60,896 bases of DNA, taken from positions 1 to 60,896 of the IMG/VR virus record IMGVR_UViG_3300049137_000128; one strand, 5' to 3'. The stretch's first letter is position 1, and every line of letters starts with the position of its first letter. The notes under the pieces are model-generated. The model saw only the letters and a list, made by a program, of their open reading frames with translations, was not told the origin of the DNA and ran no database searches. The position numbers were made by a program, and so were the translations under genes. Origin of the DNA: a virus (Duplodnaviria > Caudoviricetes). Positions 9,186 to 18,197 of the stretch are shown one piece after another.

Positions 9186-9584
9186 ATGGAGACTTGGCTG
9201 CTGCTGCTCGTGATGTCGCTCGCGGTGTACCGGCTGACGCGGTTGGTGGTGGAGGACGTGTTCCCGCCGGTGCTGTGGCTGCGGGATCGGCTCGCGGGCG
9301 GGTGGCGTCCGCTCACCGAGGTCGAGCGGGGCCAGTTGGCTGCGGGCTCGTTGGCTTGGCCGGTGCAGACCATCGACGGCGAGGACCACCGGTACGTAGT
9401 CCGATGGCGGTGGGTGCCGCAGTGGCTCGCGGACCTGGTGTCGTGTCCGTGGTGTGCGTCGGGCTGGGTGGCGCTCGGTGTGACAGCCGGGGTGTGGGCG
9501 GTGGCGGGTCTGGCGATGCCGGTGCTGGTGTGGCTGGCAGTGTGGGCGCTCGGTGCTGTGCTCGCGGCGCAGGAGTGGGCGTAG
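9186..9584 (+). CDS. DUF1360-like membrane protein
   Basis: YRLTRLVVED..LRD and LVSCPWCASGW motifs, transmembrane segments; alternative GTG start at 9177. Confidence 0.7.
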   Translation: METWLLLLVMSLAVYRLTRLVVEDVFPPVLWLRDRLAGGWRPLTEVERGQLAAGSLAWPVQTIDGEDHRYVVRWRWVPQWLADLVSCPWCASGWVALGVTAGVWAVAGLAMPVLVWLAVWALGAVLAAQEWA

Positions 9585-9593
9585 CATCACGGT

Positions 9594-9761
9594 ATGCCCA
9601 GGATGTACTACGTGAAGAAGCCTCTCGACCCTGCTGTCATAGAAGGACGGCGCAAGCTGAGGGCTTCTGACTTCAACGAGTTCGACGCGATCCGGTGGGA
9701 CTTCAACGAGACGTCTGATGCACGTCCGCTCCGGAGTTGGGGTGGGCGTAGGAGCCCGTAG
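9594..9761 (+). CDS. Possible 55-aa ORF
   Basis: MPRMYYVKKPLDP...; fills the gap, contains GACTTCAACGAG twice; no clear RBS. Confidence 0.3.
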   Translation: MPRMYYVKKPLDPAVIEGRRKLRASDFNEFDAIRWDFNETSDARPLRSWGGRRSP

Positions 9762-9851
9762 CATCAATGGGTGGTGAGAGCGGGACCTGATGGGTTCCGG
9801 GGTGGCAGAGGGCCGTTCGCGATGGGCGTCGCGGACGGCCCTTCCCCTTGC

Positions 9852-9884
9852 CCGGAATGATCTTCGCCGGGCTGCTCCTACCGT
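9852..9884 (+). promoter_or_regulatory. Late promoter copy 5 (portal)
   Basis: CCGGAATGATC at 9852, TACCGT at 9879. Confidence 0.7.
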
Positions 9885-9924
9885 CACCCGCACACCCACC
9901 CCACGGGAGCAGCGGGAGCAGCAG

Positions 9925-11715
9925 ATGGCCTGGTACCACGCCTTCAGCCGACGGCGTCCGCTGCCCACACCCACGCCCCTCCCCACCACTCCCAACGCAA
10001 TCACCGCCGCCGCAGCACCCGTCGCCACCCCCCGCACTGAACTCGTACGCACCCCCGACGCCTGGCAGAACGAAGTCTGGGAGTTCTACGACACCCTCGG
10101 TGAATTCCGGTACGCCGCCGACTGGGAAGCCAACGTTCTCTCCCGTATCCGGCTGTACGCCGCACGCCTTGAACCCGGCGTTGACGAACCCGTACGCGCC
10201 GACGCCGGAACCGCCGTCGACCTCATGACCAAATTCGCTGGGGGCGTCGGCGGACAAGCCCAGATCATGGCCGGACTCGCCACGCAACTCGCCGTCCCTG
10301 GCGAGGGATACCTCATCGTCGAGAACGCCAACGGCATCGAACAATGGGCCGTCCGCTCCATCGACGAAGTCCGCGCAGCACGCGGCAAGTACGAAGTCAT
10401 CGACGAGAACAACCCACGCGGCGGCGACCAATGGCGGCCGCTCGCCGCCGACTCCCTCGCACCGATCCGGGTATGGCGGCCGAACAAGCGGTTCCATCAC
10501 CGTGCCGACAGTGCGGCCCGCGCCGCGCGGGCGACGATGCGGGAACTGGAACTCGTCAACCGGCACATCACGGCCCAGTACCTCAGCCGGTTGGCGTCGG
10601 CTGGGGTGGTCATCTTTCCCGACGAGATCACGTTCCCCGTGCGTGAGGAGTTCGCCGACGCGCCCGATCCGTTCATGGCCGAGTGGATCGAGAACGCGAA
10701 GACCGCGATTTCCACCCCTGGAACTGCGGCCGCCGTGGTGCCCATGCCCATCCGCGTGCCGGGCGAGTACGTCGACAAGATCGCGCACATCGACTTCACG
10801 CTGCGCTCCGACGACAAGATCATTGAGAAGCGGGACAGCTGCATCAAACGCCTCGCCTCCCAGCTCAACGTCCCACCTGAAGTGCTGCTGGGAATGTCCG
10901 ATCTGAACCATTGGAACGCCTGGCTCAGCGACGAAACCAACCTCAAGGTCAACACCGCACCAGACGCCGAACTCATCGCTCAGGCACTCACCACCGGCTA
11001 CCTGCAGCCCCGCCTCAAAGCGTCGAACGTGGAGGACTGGGCGAACTGGGTCGTCTGGTACGACATGAGCGAACTGGCACTCCGCCCGGACCGCAGCGAC
11101 GACGCGATCCAGCTGTACGACCGGCTGGAGATCAACGGTGCCGCGCTCCGACGGGAGACCGGCTTCGACGAGGCCGACAAGCCCACCGCCGAAGAGCTGA
11201 AGGAACAGGGACTGAAGGTCATCATCAAGTCCCTGCCGTCCGGCGGCCCGTCCGCGCTCTCCGAACTCACCGGTAAGAACGTCGACATCACCACCGTCGC
11301 CCCGGCCCCGGTCAGTGATGCGCCTGCGCCCGACATCGAGCCGGAACCCTCATCGGAAGACCGGTCACCGCCGAACCAGGACGCCGCACAGGAAGCCGCC
11401 GCCGCAGCCCGCTCACAGCGGCTGATCCAGCAGTCCCAGGCCATGCACGCCGTGCGCTGGGGTGCCGGCCGGGAGCCCGAGCTGCTGCACCCGGCCCTGT
11501 GCTCCCAACACGCCTATTCGTGCCCGTTCACGCACGCTGCGATGAAGTTGGCGACGTTGCCGCGTCCGGGGACGTCAGGGGTGTATGAGGCGCGGCTGTC
11601 GCCGTTCGGCCAGCTGGTGATCGGCCAGCGCTCGCCCCATCTGGATACGTCTGCGTTTCTCACCACTGCTTCTTCTCCTCGGAGTTCGAATGGCTACGCT
11701 CACGGCCGCCGCTGA
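9925..11715 (+). CDS. Portal protein
   Basis: WQNEVWEFYDTLGEFRY, L.VPGE, RVWRP, NHWNAW; follows terminase; GGAG RBS. Confidence 0.85.
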   Translation: MAWYHAFSRRRPLPTPTPLPTTPNAITAAAAPVATPRTELVRTPDAWQNEVWEFYDTLGEFRYAADWEANVLSRIRLYAARLEPGVDEPVRADAGTAVDLMTKFAGGVGGQAQIMAGLATQLAVPGEGYLIVENANGIEQWAVRSIDEVRAARGKYEVIDENNPRGGDQWRPLAADSLAPIRVWRPNKRFHHRADSAARAARATMRELELVNRHITAQYLSRLASAGVVIFPDEITFPVREEFADAPDPFMAEWIENAKTAISTPGTAAAVVPMPIRVPGEYVDKIAHIDFTLRSDDKIIEKRDSCIKRLASQLNVPPEVLLGMSDLNHWNAWLSDETNLKVNTAPDAELIAQALTTGYLQPRLKASNVEDWANWVVWYDMSELALRPDRSDDAIQLYDRLEINGAALRRETGFDEADKPTAEELKEQGLKVIIKSLPSGGPSALSELTGKNVDITTVAPAPVSDAPAPDIEPEPSSEDRSPPNQDAAQEAAAAARSQRLIQQSQAMHAVRWGAGREPELLHPALCSQHAYSCPFTHAAMKLATLPRPGTSGVYEARLSPFGQLVIGQRSPHLDTSAFLTTASSPRSSNGYAHGRR

Positions 11716-14623
11716 CGGCTCGCACATGCAGGGCGCGATGATCGCGCTGATGCCGACTCCGGAGGATGCGGAGCGGCTGGCGATCGAGGGCGGCGAGGCT
11801 GCCGAGGATCTGCACCTGACGCTGTACTTCCTCGGCGACGACGGCACCGCGTGGACCGAGGACCAGCGCAACGAGCTCATCGGTAACCTCCGTTCGCTCG
11901 CATCCGCCGTGCCTGCCGGGCCTGTTACGGGCTTCGCGTTCGGCGCGAACCACTGGAACCCGAACAGCGACAGCCCATCGTGGGTGTGGGCCGTTGGCGA
12001 CGACCGCGACCGCCCGGAGGGAACCCCGTCGCTGCTCAGCGCGAAAAGCGTTGCCACGGTCGCGCTGGAGACCTCGCACAATCTGCCAGAGCTGCCGGTA
12101 CAGCACTCGCCTTGGGTGCCGCATATCTGTGCCGCGTACTCCGACGAGCTGGACCTCATCATCGCGCTGGAGGAGCGGCTAGGGCCGGTGACCTTCGACC
12201 GGATCAGGGTGGCGTTCGCCGGGGACCACACCGACATCCCCCTCGGCGAGACCGTCACTGCGGCGGCCGGCCCACTGCGTCGCCAGCCCACCGAACTGGA
12301 GATCCGCAGCCGCGTCGACTTCGCGGAGATGGACAAGGCATGGCACGACGCCGTCGACGCCACCGTCGAAGCATGGGCCGACATCCAGACCGCCCAACGC
12401 GAGCAGATCACCGCCGCCGTGCAGGCCGCCGCCGAGGCTGACGACCTCGACCGCCTGAACACTCTCACCGTCGACAGCAGCGACGGCGCCCGGCTCCTCA
12501 TCGCCCGCATGATCGCCTACGCGCGGGAGGCAGGCGAGCAGCAGCAGGCCGAAGCCGAAGCCCAAGGCGTCACCGTCCCCGAATGGTCGCTGGACGACGA
12601 GGCGCTCACCGCCGCAGCGATCCGGGACCGGCTACGCCAGATCGGCCGTACAGCCGCCCGCGTGCTGGGCGTTGGTTTGGTGCAGTCCGCTGTCCGGCAG
12701 GCCATGCGCGTATGGGGCTCCGGCTCGGCGGCGCAGGTGGCCACGCAGGTGGACGAACACCTCGCCTCCCTGTCAGGTGCGGCGGTGGAAGAGCAGGTCG
12801 GGGCGGCGATGACAGCCGCTCAGAACGAAGGCCGCATGGCCGTCCTCGCGGTCGCCCCACCAGCCGAGTATGTGGCCAGCGAAGCGCTCGACAAGAACAG
12901 CTGCAAGCCCTGCCGCGACATCGACGGCACCCGCTACACCACCCTGCCCGACGCCCGCCAGGCCTACCCGACCGGCGGCTACACCGGCTGCCTCGGCGGC
13001 GCGCGCTGCAGGGGCACGCTCGTGACGGTGTGGCCGCAGGCGGACGAGCAGGCAGCAGCCGCCGGAATGATCTTGGCTGCGAACGCGGACACAATGCCGC
13101 CGCAGACCACCGAACTGGAGGACACGATGCCGTATCGCGTCGAGCAGGATCACCCGGACTGCGGCGCCGATACGCCGTGGGCTGTGGTGCAGGAAGACAC
13201 CGACGAACTCATGGGCTGCCACGAAACCGAAGCCGCAGCCCTGGAACAGAAGGCCGCCCTACTCGCCGAAGAGAACGACGAGCCCGGCGACGAGGACATG
13301 GACTACGCGGGCGACACCGCCCCCTGGGAAGGCGTCCTCGCCGTCGAAGGCATCGTCACCGGCGACGGCCGCGAGTTCGCCGAAGGGGCCCTCACCTGGG
13401 CCGACCTCCCCGTCCCGCTGCGCTGGAACATCGAGGACTCTCACGGCGGCGAAGCCCGCACCAAAGCAGTGAACGTCGGCCGCATCGACAAGGTGTGGCG
13501 CGACGGCAGCAAGATCATGGGCGCCGGAGTCCTCGACCTCTCCGACGACAACGGGCGCCGCGCCTACGACAAGATCAAAGGCAAGTTCCTCCGCGGCGTC
13601 AGCATCGACGCCGACTCCATCAGCGACGCCGACGTCGAATTCGTGTGGCCCGAAGACGCCAATGCCGGCACCGAAGGCGACGACGAGGGCGACCTGCTGG
13701 AGATGCTGTTCGCGCAGCCAGAGAAGATGATTTTCCACGGCGGCCGCATCCGCGCCGCCACGTTGGTCGACATCCCCGCGTTCGCCGAGGCCTACATCGC
13801 ACTCCTCGACGAAGTCGGCGCGATCGTGGCCGGCGGCCAGCCCGTCGGTGAGGCAGCGCTCCAGGTGGCGGGGCGGAAGGTGGACGAAGGCGGCACACGT
13901 ACCGCCACTGCACTGCGCACCGTGACCGCTGGCGCCCCAGTCTCTCATCCCGCGATGACTGACCTGTGGAAGCCTCCCGCCGAGTGGTTCAGTGATCCGG
14001 AGTTGCCGTTCTACTGCGGCATCGTCGTCACCGATCAGGGGCGCCTGTACGGGCACGCCGCGCCATGGGGGGCCTGCCACATTGGGTTCGACGGCGAGTG
14101 CGTGACCGTCCCCCGGGAGAACGAGCACTCGCACTACATGACCGGTGAGACGGTTTGTGACGACGGGTCGCGTGTGGCGGTCGGTCAGATCACCGTCGGT
14201 ACGGGGCACGCTCCGCTCCACTTCGGGGCGCAGCCTGCGGCGGAGCACTACGACAACACGGGCACGGCGGTCGCGGATGTCTCGGTCGGCAACGACAAGC
14301 ACGGTATCTGGATCGCGGGTGCGATCCGTCCGAACGCTGACCCCTTGAGTGTGTACGAGCTGCGGGCGTCGGGCCGGGTGTCGGGTGACTGGCGGCGCAT
14401 TGGTGGCCAGCTACGGATGGTTGGGCTGCTCGGCGTGAATGTGGCCGGGTTCCTGGAGGAGGCCAAGATGCGGACGCTGGTCTCGGCCGGGCAGCCTCAG
14501 GCGCTGGTGGCGGCTGGTGTTCCCAAGCAGCGGTGGGCCATGTCGAAGGATGAGATGGAGCGGCAGGCCGTGCGTGTTGTGATGCGGATGCTGTCGCGCC
14601 GCGTGCACCCGGGAAGGAGGTGA
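11690..14623 (+). CDS. 2H phosphoesterase + MuF-like minor head + capsid maturation protease fusion
   Basis: HLTL and PHIC motifs; C..C...DG..Y and C.GG.RCRG MuF-type Cys motif; EGIVTGDGR..P.PL..H..VGRID and GVSID protease-type motifs; SGDWR. Confidence 0.75.
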   Translation: MATLTAAADGSHMQGAMIALMPTPEDAERLAIEGGEAAEDLHLTLYFLGDDGTAWTEDQRNELIGNLRSLASAVPAGPVTGFAFGANHWNPNSDSPSWVWAVGDDRDRPEGTPSLLSAKSVATVALETSHNLPELPVQHSPWVPHICAAYSDELDLIIALEERLGPVTFDRIRVAFAGDHTDIPLGETVTAAAGPLRRQPTELEIRSRVDFAEMDKAWHDAVDATVEAWADIQTAQREQITAAVQAAAEADDLDRLNTLTVDSSDGARLLIARMIAYAREAGEQQQAEAEAQGVTVPEWSLDDEALTAAAIRDRLRQIGRTAARVLGVGLVQSAVRQAMRVWGSGSAAQVATQVDEHLASLSGAAVEEQVGAAMTAAQNEGRMAVLAVAPPAEYVASEALDKNSCKPCRDIDGTRYTTLPDARQAYPTGGYTGCLGGARCRGTLVTVWPQADEQAAAAGMILAANADTMPPQTTELEDTMPYRVEQDHPDCGADTPWAVVQEDTDELMGCHETEAAALEQKAALLAEENDEPGDEDMDYAGDTAPWEGVLAVEGIVTGDGREFAEGALTWADLPVPLRWNIEDSHGGEARTKAVNVGRIDKVWRDGSKIMGAGVLDLSDDNGRRAYDKIKGKFLRGVSIDADSISDADVEFVWPEDANAGTEGDDEGDLLEMLFAQPEKMIFHGGRIRAATLVDIPAFAEAYIALLDEVGAIVAGGQPVGEAALQVAGRKVDEGGTRTATALRTVTAGAPVSHPAMTDLWKPPAEWFSDPELPFYCGIVVTDQGRLYGHAAPWGACHIGFDGECVTVPRENEHSHYMTGETVCDDGSRVAVGQITVGTGHAPLHFGAQPAAEHYDNTGTAVADVSVGNDKHGIWIAGAIRPNADPLSVYELRASGRVSGDWRRIGGQLRMVGLLGVNVAGFLEEAKMRTLVSAGQPQALVAAGVPKQRWAMSKDEMERQAVRVVMRMLSRRVHPGRR
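13062..13126 (+). promoter_or_regulatory. Late promoter copy 6, internal to fusion gene, with RBS
   Basis: CCGGAATGATC at 13062, CACAAT at 13090, GGAGG then in-frame ATG at 13127. Confidence 0.6.
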
Positions 14624-14629
14624 GCAATC

Positions 14630-14692
14630 GTGTGCAGCTGCAATAAGAGGCGTCGTCCGGCACCTCCGCCGCCGCCCCCTCCGAGCGTCTGA
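14630..14692 (+). CDS. 20-aa micro-protein MCSCNKRRRPAPPPPPPPSV
   Basis: Perfect SD AAGGAGGTGA at 14614-14623, GTG at 14630, TGA at 14690. Confidence 0.6.
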   Translation: MCSCNKRRRPAPPPPPPPSV

Positions 14693-14818
14693 CCAGTTAG
14701 TTTAAGCGGTCCGGTGAACTATTTGACGTTTGCCGGACCGTGTGCTATCAGCTAACCTCGCTGCGAATAGGCGCCAAATATGACGGGCGCACACCCCCTC
14801 TTCGCAACGGAGGACCAC

Positions 14819-16576
14819 GTGGCAGCCGAAGAGCTCTTCAGTGCCCCGTCCGATCTCACACTCTCCAGCGACGCCGACCTCGCCGACCTCGAAGCACGCG
14901 GCGTCACCGAGTTCGAACGCGTCCGCGCCATCGACGACGTCGACCCCGAAAACCTGCAGTACGCGATGCGCCTCGCGGACGACCTCGACCGCATCCGCGC
15001 CGAGCTGAAGGTGCGTGAAGTCCGCGCCCAGGCCAACGCCGACCTCCAGCGCACCCGCGTCGGCGAGCAGCTCGCCGCCCTGGAAGAGCGCGTCAACGGC
15101 ACGACCGCCGACCCGACCGCCACCGCCACCGCCGTGGTCGACACCGGCGCCATCGCCGAAGCCACCGCGCAGGGCGTCACCGCCGCGCTCGCCACCTTCA
15201 TGCTCGACCGCAAGGGCAACGGCGCCGCACGCCCCGCCGAGATCGCCCGACGGGCCACCGCCTCCCTTGCCGAGACCGCCCGCCACGCCCCCGCAGCGAA
15301 GGTCCCCGAGAAGCGCCTCGCCATCACCGCATCCGTCGACATCCCCGGCGTAGCCCACGGCGGACAGCTCCCCACCTTCGACGCACTGACCGACGTCGTG
15401 ACCCGCAAGGCCAAGAGCATGCCGGTGACTCGGGGCAACCCGAACAACCAGCTCGTGGCCTCGGTGAAGCACGAGTTCGAGCACACCGTCGACGAGCGCA
15501 CATCCCCGGCTCAGGTCCGGGAACTGTTCGACTTCATGACGAGCCCGGAGAAGCAGCAGGCCCTCGTGGCCGGCGGTGGCTGGTGCGCACCGTCCGAGAT
15601 CCGCTACGACTTCTTCAACATCGCCTGCTCGTCCGGCCTGATCGACCTGCCGACCGTCGGAGTCACCCGCGGCGGCATCCAGTTCCCCGTCTCCCCGTCG
15701 CTGGCGGACACGGTCAACTCGATCGCGTTCGGCGGGTTCGCGGTCACCTTCAACGGCGACAGCGTGCCGTGGCTGTGGACCGAGGACGACGACATCGCCG
15801 CCGCCACCGGCTCCCCGACCAAGCCGTGCGTGCGCGTCCCGTGCCCGAGCTTCGACGAGGAAAGGCTGGAGCTGTACGGCATCTGCCTCACCGCAGGCAA
15901 CCTCGCCGACTCCGCCTACCCCGAGGCCACTCAGCACATGATCCGGCTGCTCATGGCCGCGCACGACCACGCCATGAACGCCCGCCTCATCGCCCTGATG
16001 GTCGCCGCGTCCAGCGCCGTCACCTCCATCACCGGGGGCGCCTCCACCGACGCGGCCGCCCCCCGCATCTACAACGCCGTCGGCCTGGCCGCGACGGACT
16101 ACCGTGAGCGGTTCGGGATGTGCCTCGACGACGTCCTCGAAGTCGTCATGCCCGCCTGGGTCCGAGAGGTCATTCGCGGCGACCTCGCCTGGAAGGCCGG
16201 CGTCGAGCTGCAGGCCGTCCCGAACAGCGAGATCGACTCGTACTTCACCGCCCGCAACGTGCGCGTGCAGTGGGTCGACGACTGGCAGGTCCGCGGAACC
16301 GGCGAGTTCGGCCACTCCACCCACCTGACCGCGTGGCCGACCACCGTCGACTTCCTCATCTTCGCGGCCGGGACGTTCATCCACGGCAACGGTATGAGCC
16401 TCGACCTCGGCGTCGTCCGCGACTCCGTGCTGAACGAGACCAACGACCACACCGCCCTGTGGTCGGAGGAGGCCCACCTGGTCGCCCGTGTCGGTCACGA
16501 GTCCCGCCGCTACCGGGTCGGCTTCAACGTCAACGGCTCCACGTCGGCGCTGCACGCTGGCACTGTCCGCGTCTGA
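14819..16576 (+). CDS. Major capsid (hexamer) protein with N-terminal scaffold-like region
   Basis: Coiled-coil N-terminus, ALVAGGGWCAPSE, IDLP.V..RGG, LDLGVVRDS.LN..ND; GGAGG RBS before GTG. Confidence 0.85.
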   Translation: MAAEELFSAPSDLTLSSDADLADLEARGVTEFERVRAIDDVDPENLQYAMRLADDLDRIRAELKVREVRAQANADLQRTRVGEQLAALEERVNGTTADPTATATAVVDTGAIAEATAQGVTAALATFMLDRKGNGAARPAEIARRATASLAETARHAPAAKVPEKRLAITASVDIPGVAHGGQLPTFDALTDVVTRKAKSMPVTRGNPNNQLVASVKHEFEHTVDERTSPAQVRELFDFMTSPEKQQALVAGGGWCAPSEIRYDFFNIACSSGLIDLPTVGVTRGGIQFPVSPSLADTVNSIAFGGFAVTFNGDSVPWLWTEDDDIAAATGSPTKPCVRVPCPSFDEERLELYGICLTAGNLADSAYPEATQHMIRLLMAAHDHAMNARLIALMVAASSAVTSITGGASTDAAAPRIYNAVGLAATDYRERFGMCLDDVLEVVMPAWVREVIRGDLAWKAGVELQAVPNSEIDSYFTARNVRVQWVDDWQVRGTGEFGHSTHLTAWPTTVDFLIFAAGTFIHGNGMSLDLGVVRDSVLNETNDHTALWSEEAHLVARVGHESRRYRVGFNVNGSTSALHAGTVRV

Positions 16577-16615
16577 CCCTCCGACAACCAGCGAGGAAGA
16601 GAGGGGTGAGCGCCG

Positions 16616-17500
16616 GTGGCCGGAGCACGCCAGATCGTCGACCCACCGGCGTTCAGCCCGCTGCCCTACGGGCTCTGGGATGCCGCCCAGACCCGCACCG
16701 CCGACAACCCCCACTGGCAGAACGGCGTCACCTGGATCGAGCGCTGCCCGACCGGCGACACCACCTACGACGAATGCCTCGCCGTCACCGGCACCGGCGG
16801 CCCCCCGCCCGAGCCGCCCGTCAAGACCGGCAACGTTGAGCAGACGTACCGGGGCGCCACCCCGATCACGGTGTACACCAAGTTCGACTGCAACCCCGTG
16901 GGTGTCGGCGACGCAACCGGCGTCGCCTCCGACGCACTTGCTCGCGTCGAACAGCAGCAGGTGGAGGCCGCGTTCTGGACCGGCACCGCAGGCGGCCAAG
17001 AGGTGACCTTCCCCCACCTGGCCGCCGACGCCGAGGTCGTCGACGAACAGGACATCGTCTTGCAGACCGCCGCGACCCCGGTCGTCACCGGCGCCGACGC
17101 CGCGCAGGCACTGGGCGAACTCGAAGCCGAACTCGCCGACTGCTATGGCGGACAAGGCGTCATCCATGTACCCCGCGCCGCGCTGACGACGCTGGCCGCA
17201 TGGAACCTCCTCGACGAGCGGGACGGGCGCCTGTACACCACGGCCGGGAACCTCGTGGTGGCTGGCGGCGGCTACACCGGATCGAGCCCGGCCGGCGCTG
17301 CTCCGGCTGAGGGAACGGCGTGGATCTACGCGACCGGGGCCGTGTTCGGCTATCGCGGTGAGGTGCAGGTGCGCTCGCCGAGGGAGTCAATCGACCGGTC
17401 CGTGAACACCTTGAGCATGATCGCCGAACGCACGTACGTGATCGGCTTCGAGTGCTGCCTGCTGGCCGCGCACATCGTCCTGGGCGTGCCCACCGAATAG
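16616..17500 (+). CDS. Probable major capsid pentamer protein
   Basis: PYGL, HWQNGV, EQ..VE..FW, G.IH, GN.VV.GGGY, IYATG, AERTY; position as in cluster-B-like actinophages. Confidence 0.65.
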   Translation: MAGARQIVDPPAFSPLPYGLWDAAQTRTADNPHWQNGVTWIERCPTGDTTYDECLAVTGTGGPPPEPPVKTGNVEQTYRGATPITVYTKFDCNPVGVGDATGVASDALARVEQQQVEAAFWTGTAGGQEVTFPHLAADAEVVDEQDIVLQTAATPVVTGADAAQALGELEAELADCYGGQGVIHVPRAALTTLAAWNLLDERDGRLYTTAGNLVVAGGGYTGSSPAGAAPAEGTAWIYATGAVFGYRGEVQVRSPRESIDRSVNTLSMIAERTYVIGFECCLLAAHIVLGVPTE

Positions 17501-17510
17501 GAGATAGAAC

Positions 17511-18188
17511 ATGGCCACAGTCTCCACGTGCGCGACGCCCATCAAGGGCACGCACATGCGGATCATCGCTTTGGACGCGTGCGGGGTGCCGGTCACCGGC
17601 GCCTCTGGGCTCGTCGCCGTCTCGTCCGGTTTCGTGCAGGTCGAGATGGAGCCCGACTATGAGGACGGCGAGGAGTTCTTCGAGAGGACCGCGTCCGGTC
17701 AGCCGTGCGTGAACCAGAAGGACGACCCGACGCTGAAGCGTCTGGCGCTCACGGTGCAGATGTGTGAGGTGAACGTCAGCATGCTCGCGTTCATCCTCAG
17801 CGCCCGCGAGCTCACCACCGGCACACCAACGACCGGCACAGGATTCGCGGTCGCGGAGGGCAACCCGACGAACCGCTTCAGCCTGGAGGTGTGGCAGGAG
17901 GTCGCCGGATCGGGGGCGTGTGACGCGTCCGGGAACCAGCGGTACATCTACAACGCGTGGCCCAACGTCGGTGCGAGCCAGCTCGGCTCCTACACGATCG
18001 AGAACGCCCGCTCCACCCTGGAGTTCACGTCCGAGACACGCGGCGCCGGCGGTACGTGGGACACGCTCGTCGGCGAGGACTTCCTGCCGTCCGGGGAGAC
18101 TGTCGATACCGACGAGCACTGGATCTGGAACGTGACCACGACGGCTCCGCCGACCGTGGCATGTAACCCGACGACGCTGGCCGCATAG
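17511..18188 (+). CDS. Major tail (tube) protein
   Basis: MR...LDACG.P, GEE..R.A.G..C, FSLEVW; AGGAG RBS. Confidence 0.75.
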   Translation: MATVSTCATPIKGTHMRIIALDACGVPVTGASGLVAVSSGFVQVEMEPDYEDGEEFFERTASGQPCVNQKDDPTLKRLALTVQMCEVNVSMLAFILSARELTTGTPTTGTGFAVAEGNPTNRFSLEVWQEVAGSGACDASGNQRYIYNAWPNVGASQLGSYTIENARSTLEFTSETRGAGGTWDTLVGEDFLPSGETVDTDEHWIWNVTTTAPPTVACNPTTLAA

Positions 18189-18197
18189 GCCGGGCTG

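Noticed and set aside
9767-9800. Antisense CCGGAA promoter
   Set aside because: Hexamer at the expected offset (CACCCA) does not fit NANNNT
11690-14623. Intein as the explanation for the large head protein
   Set aside because: No C/S...HN-C/S/T splice junctions or LAGLIDADG motifs seen
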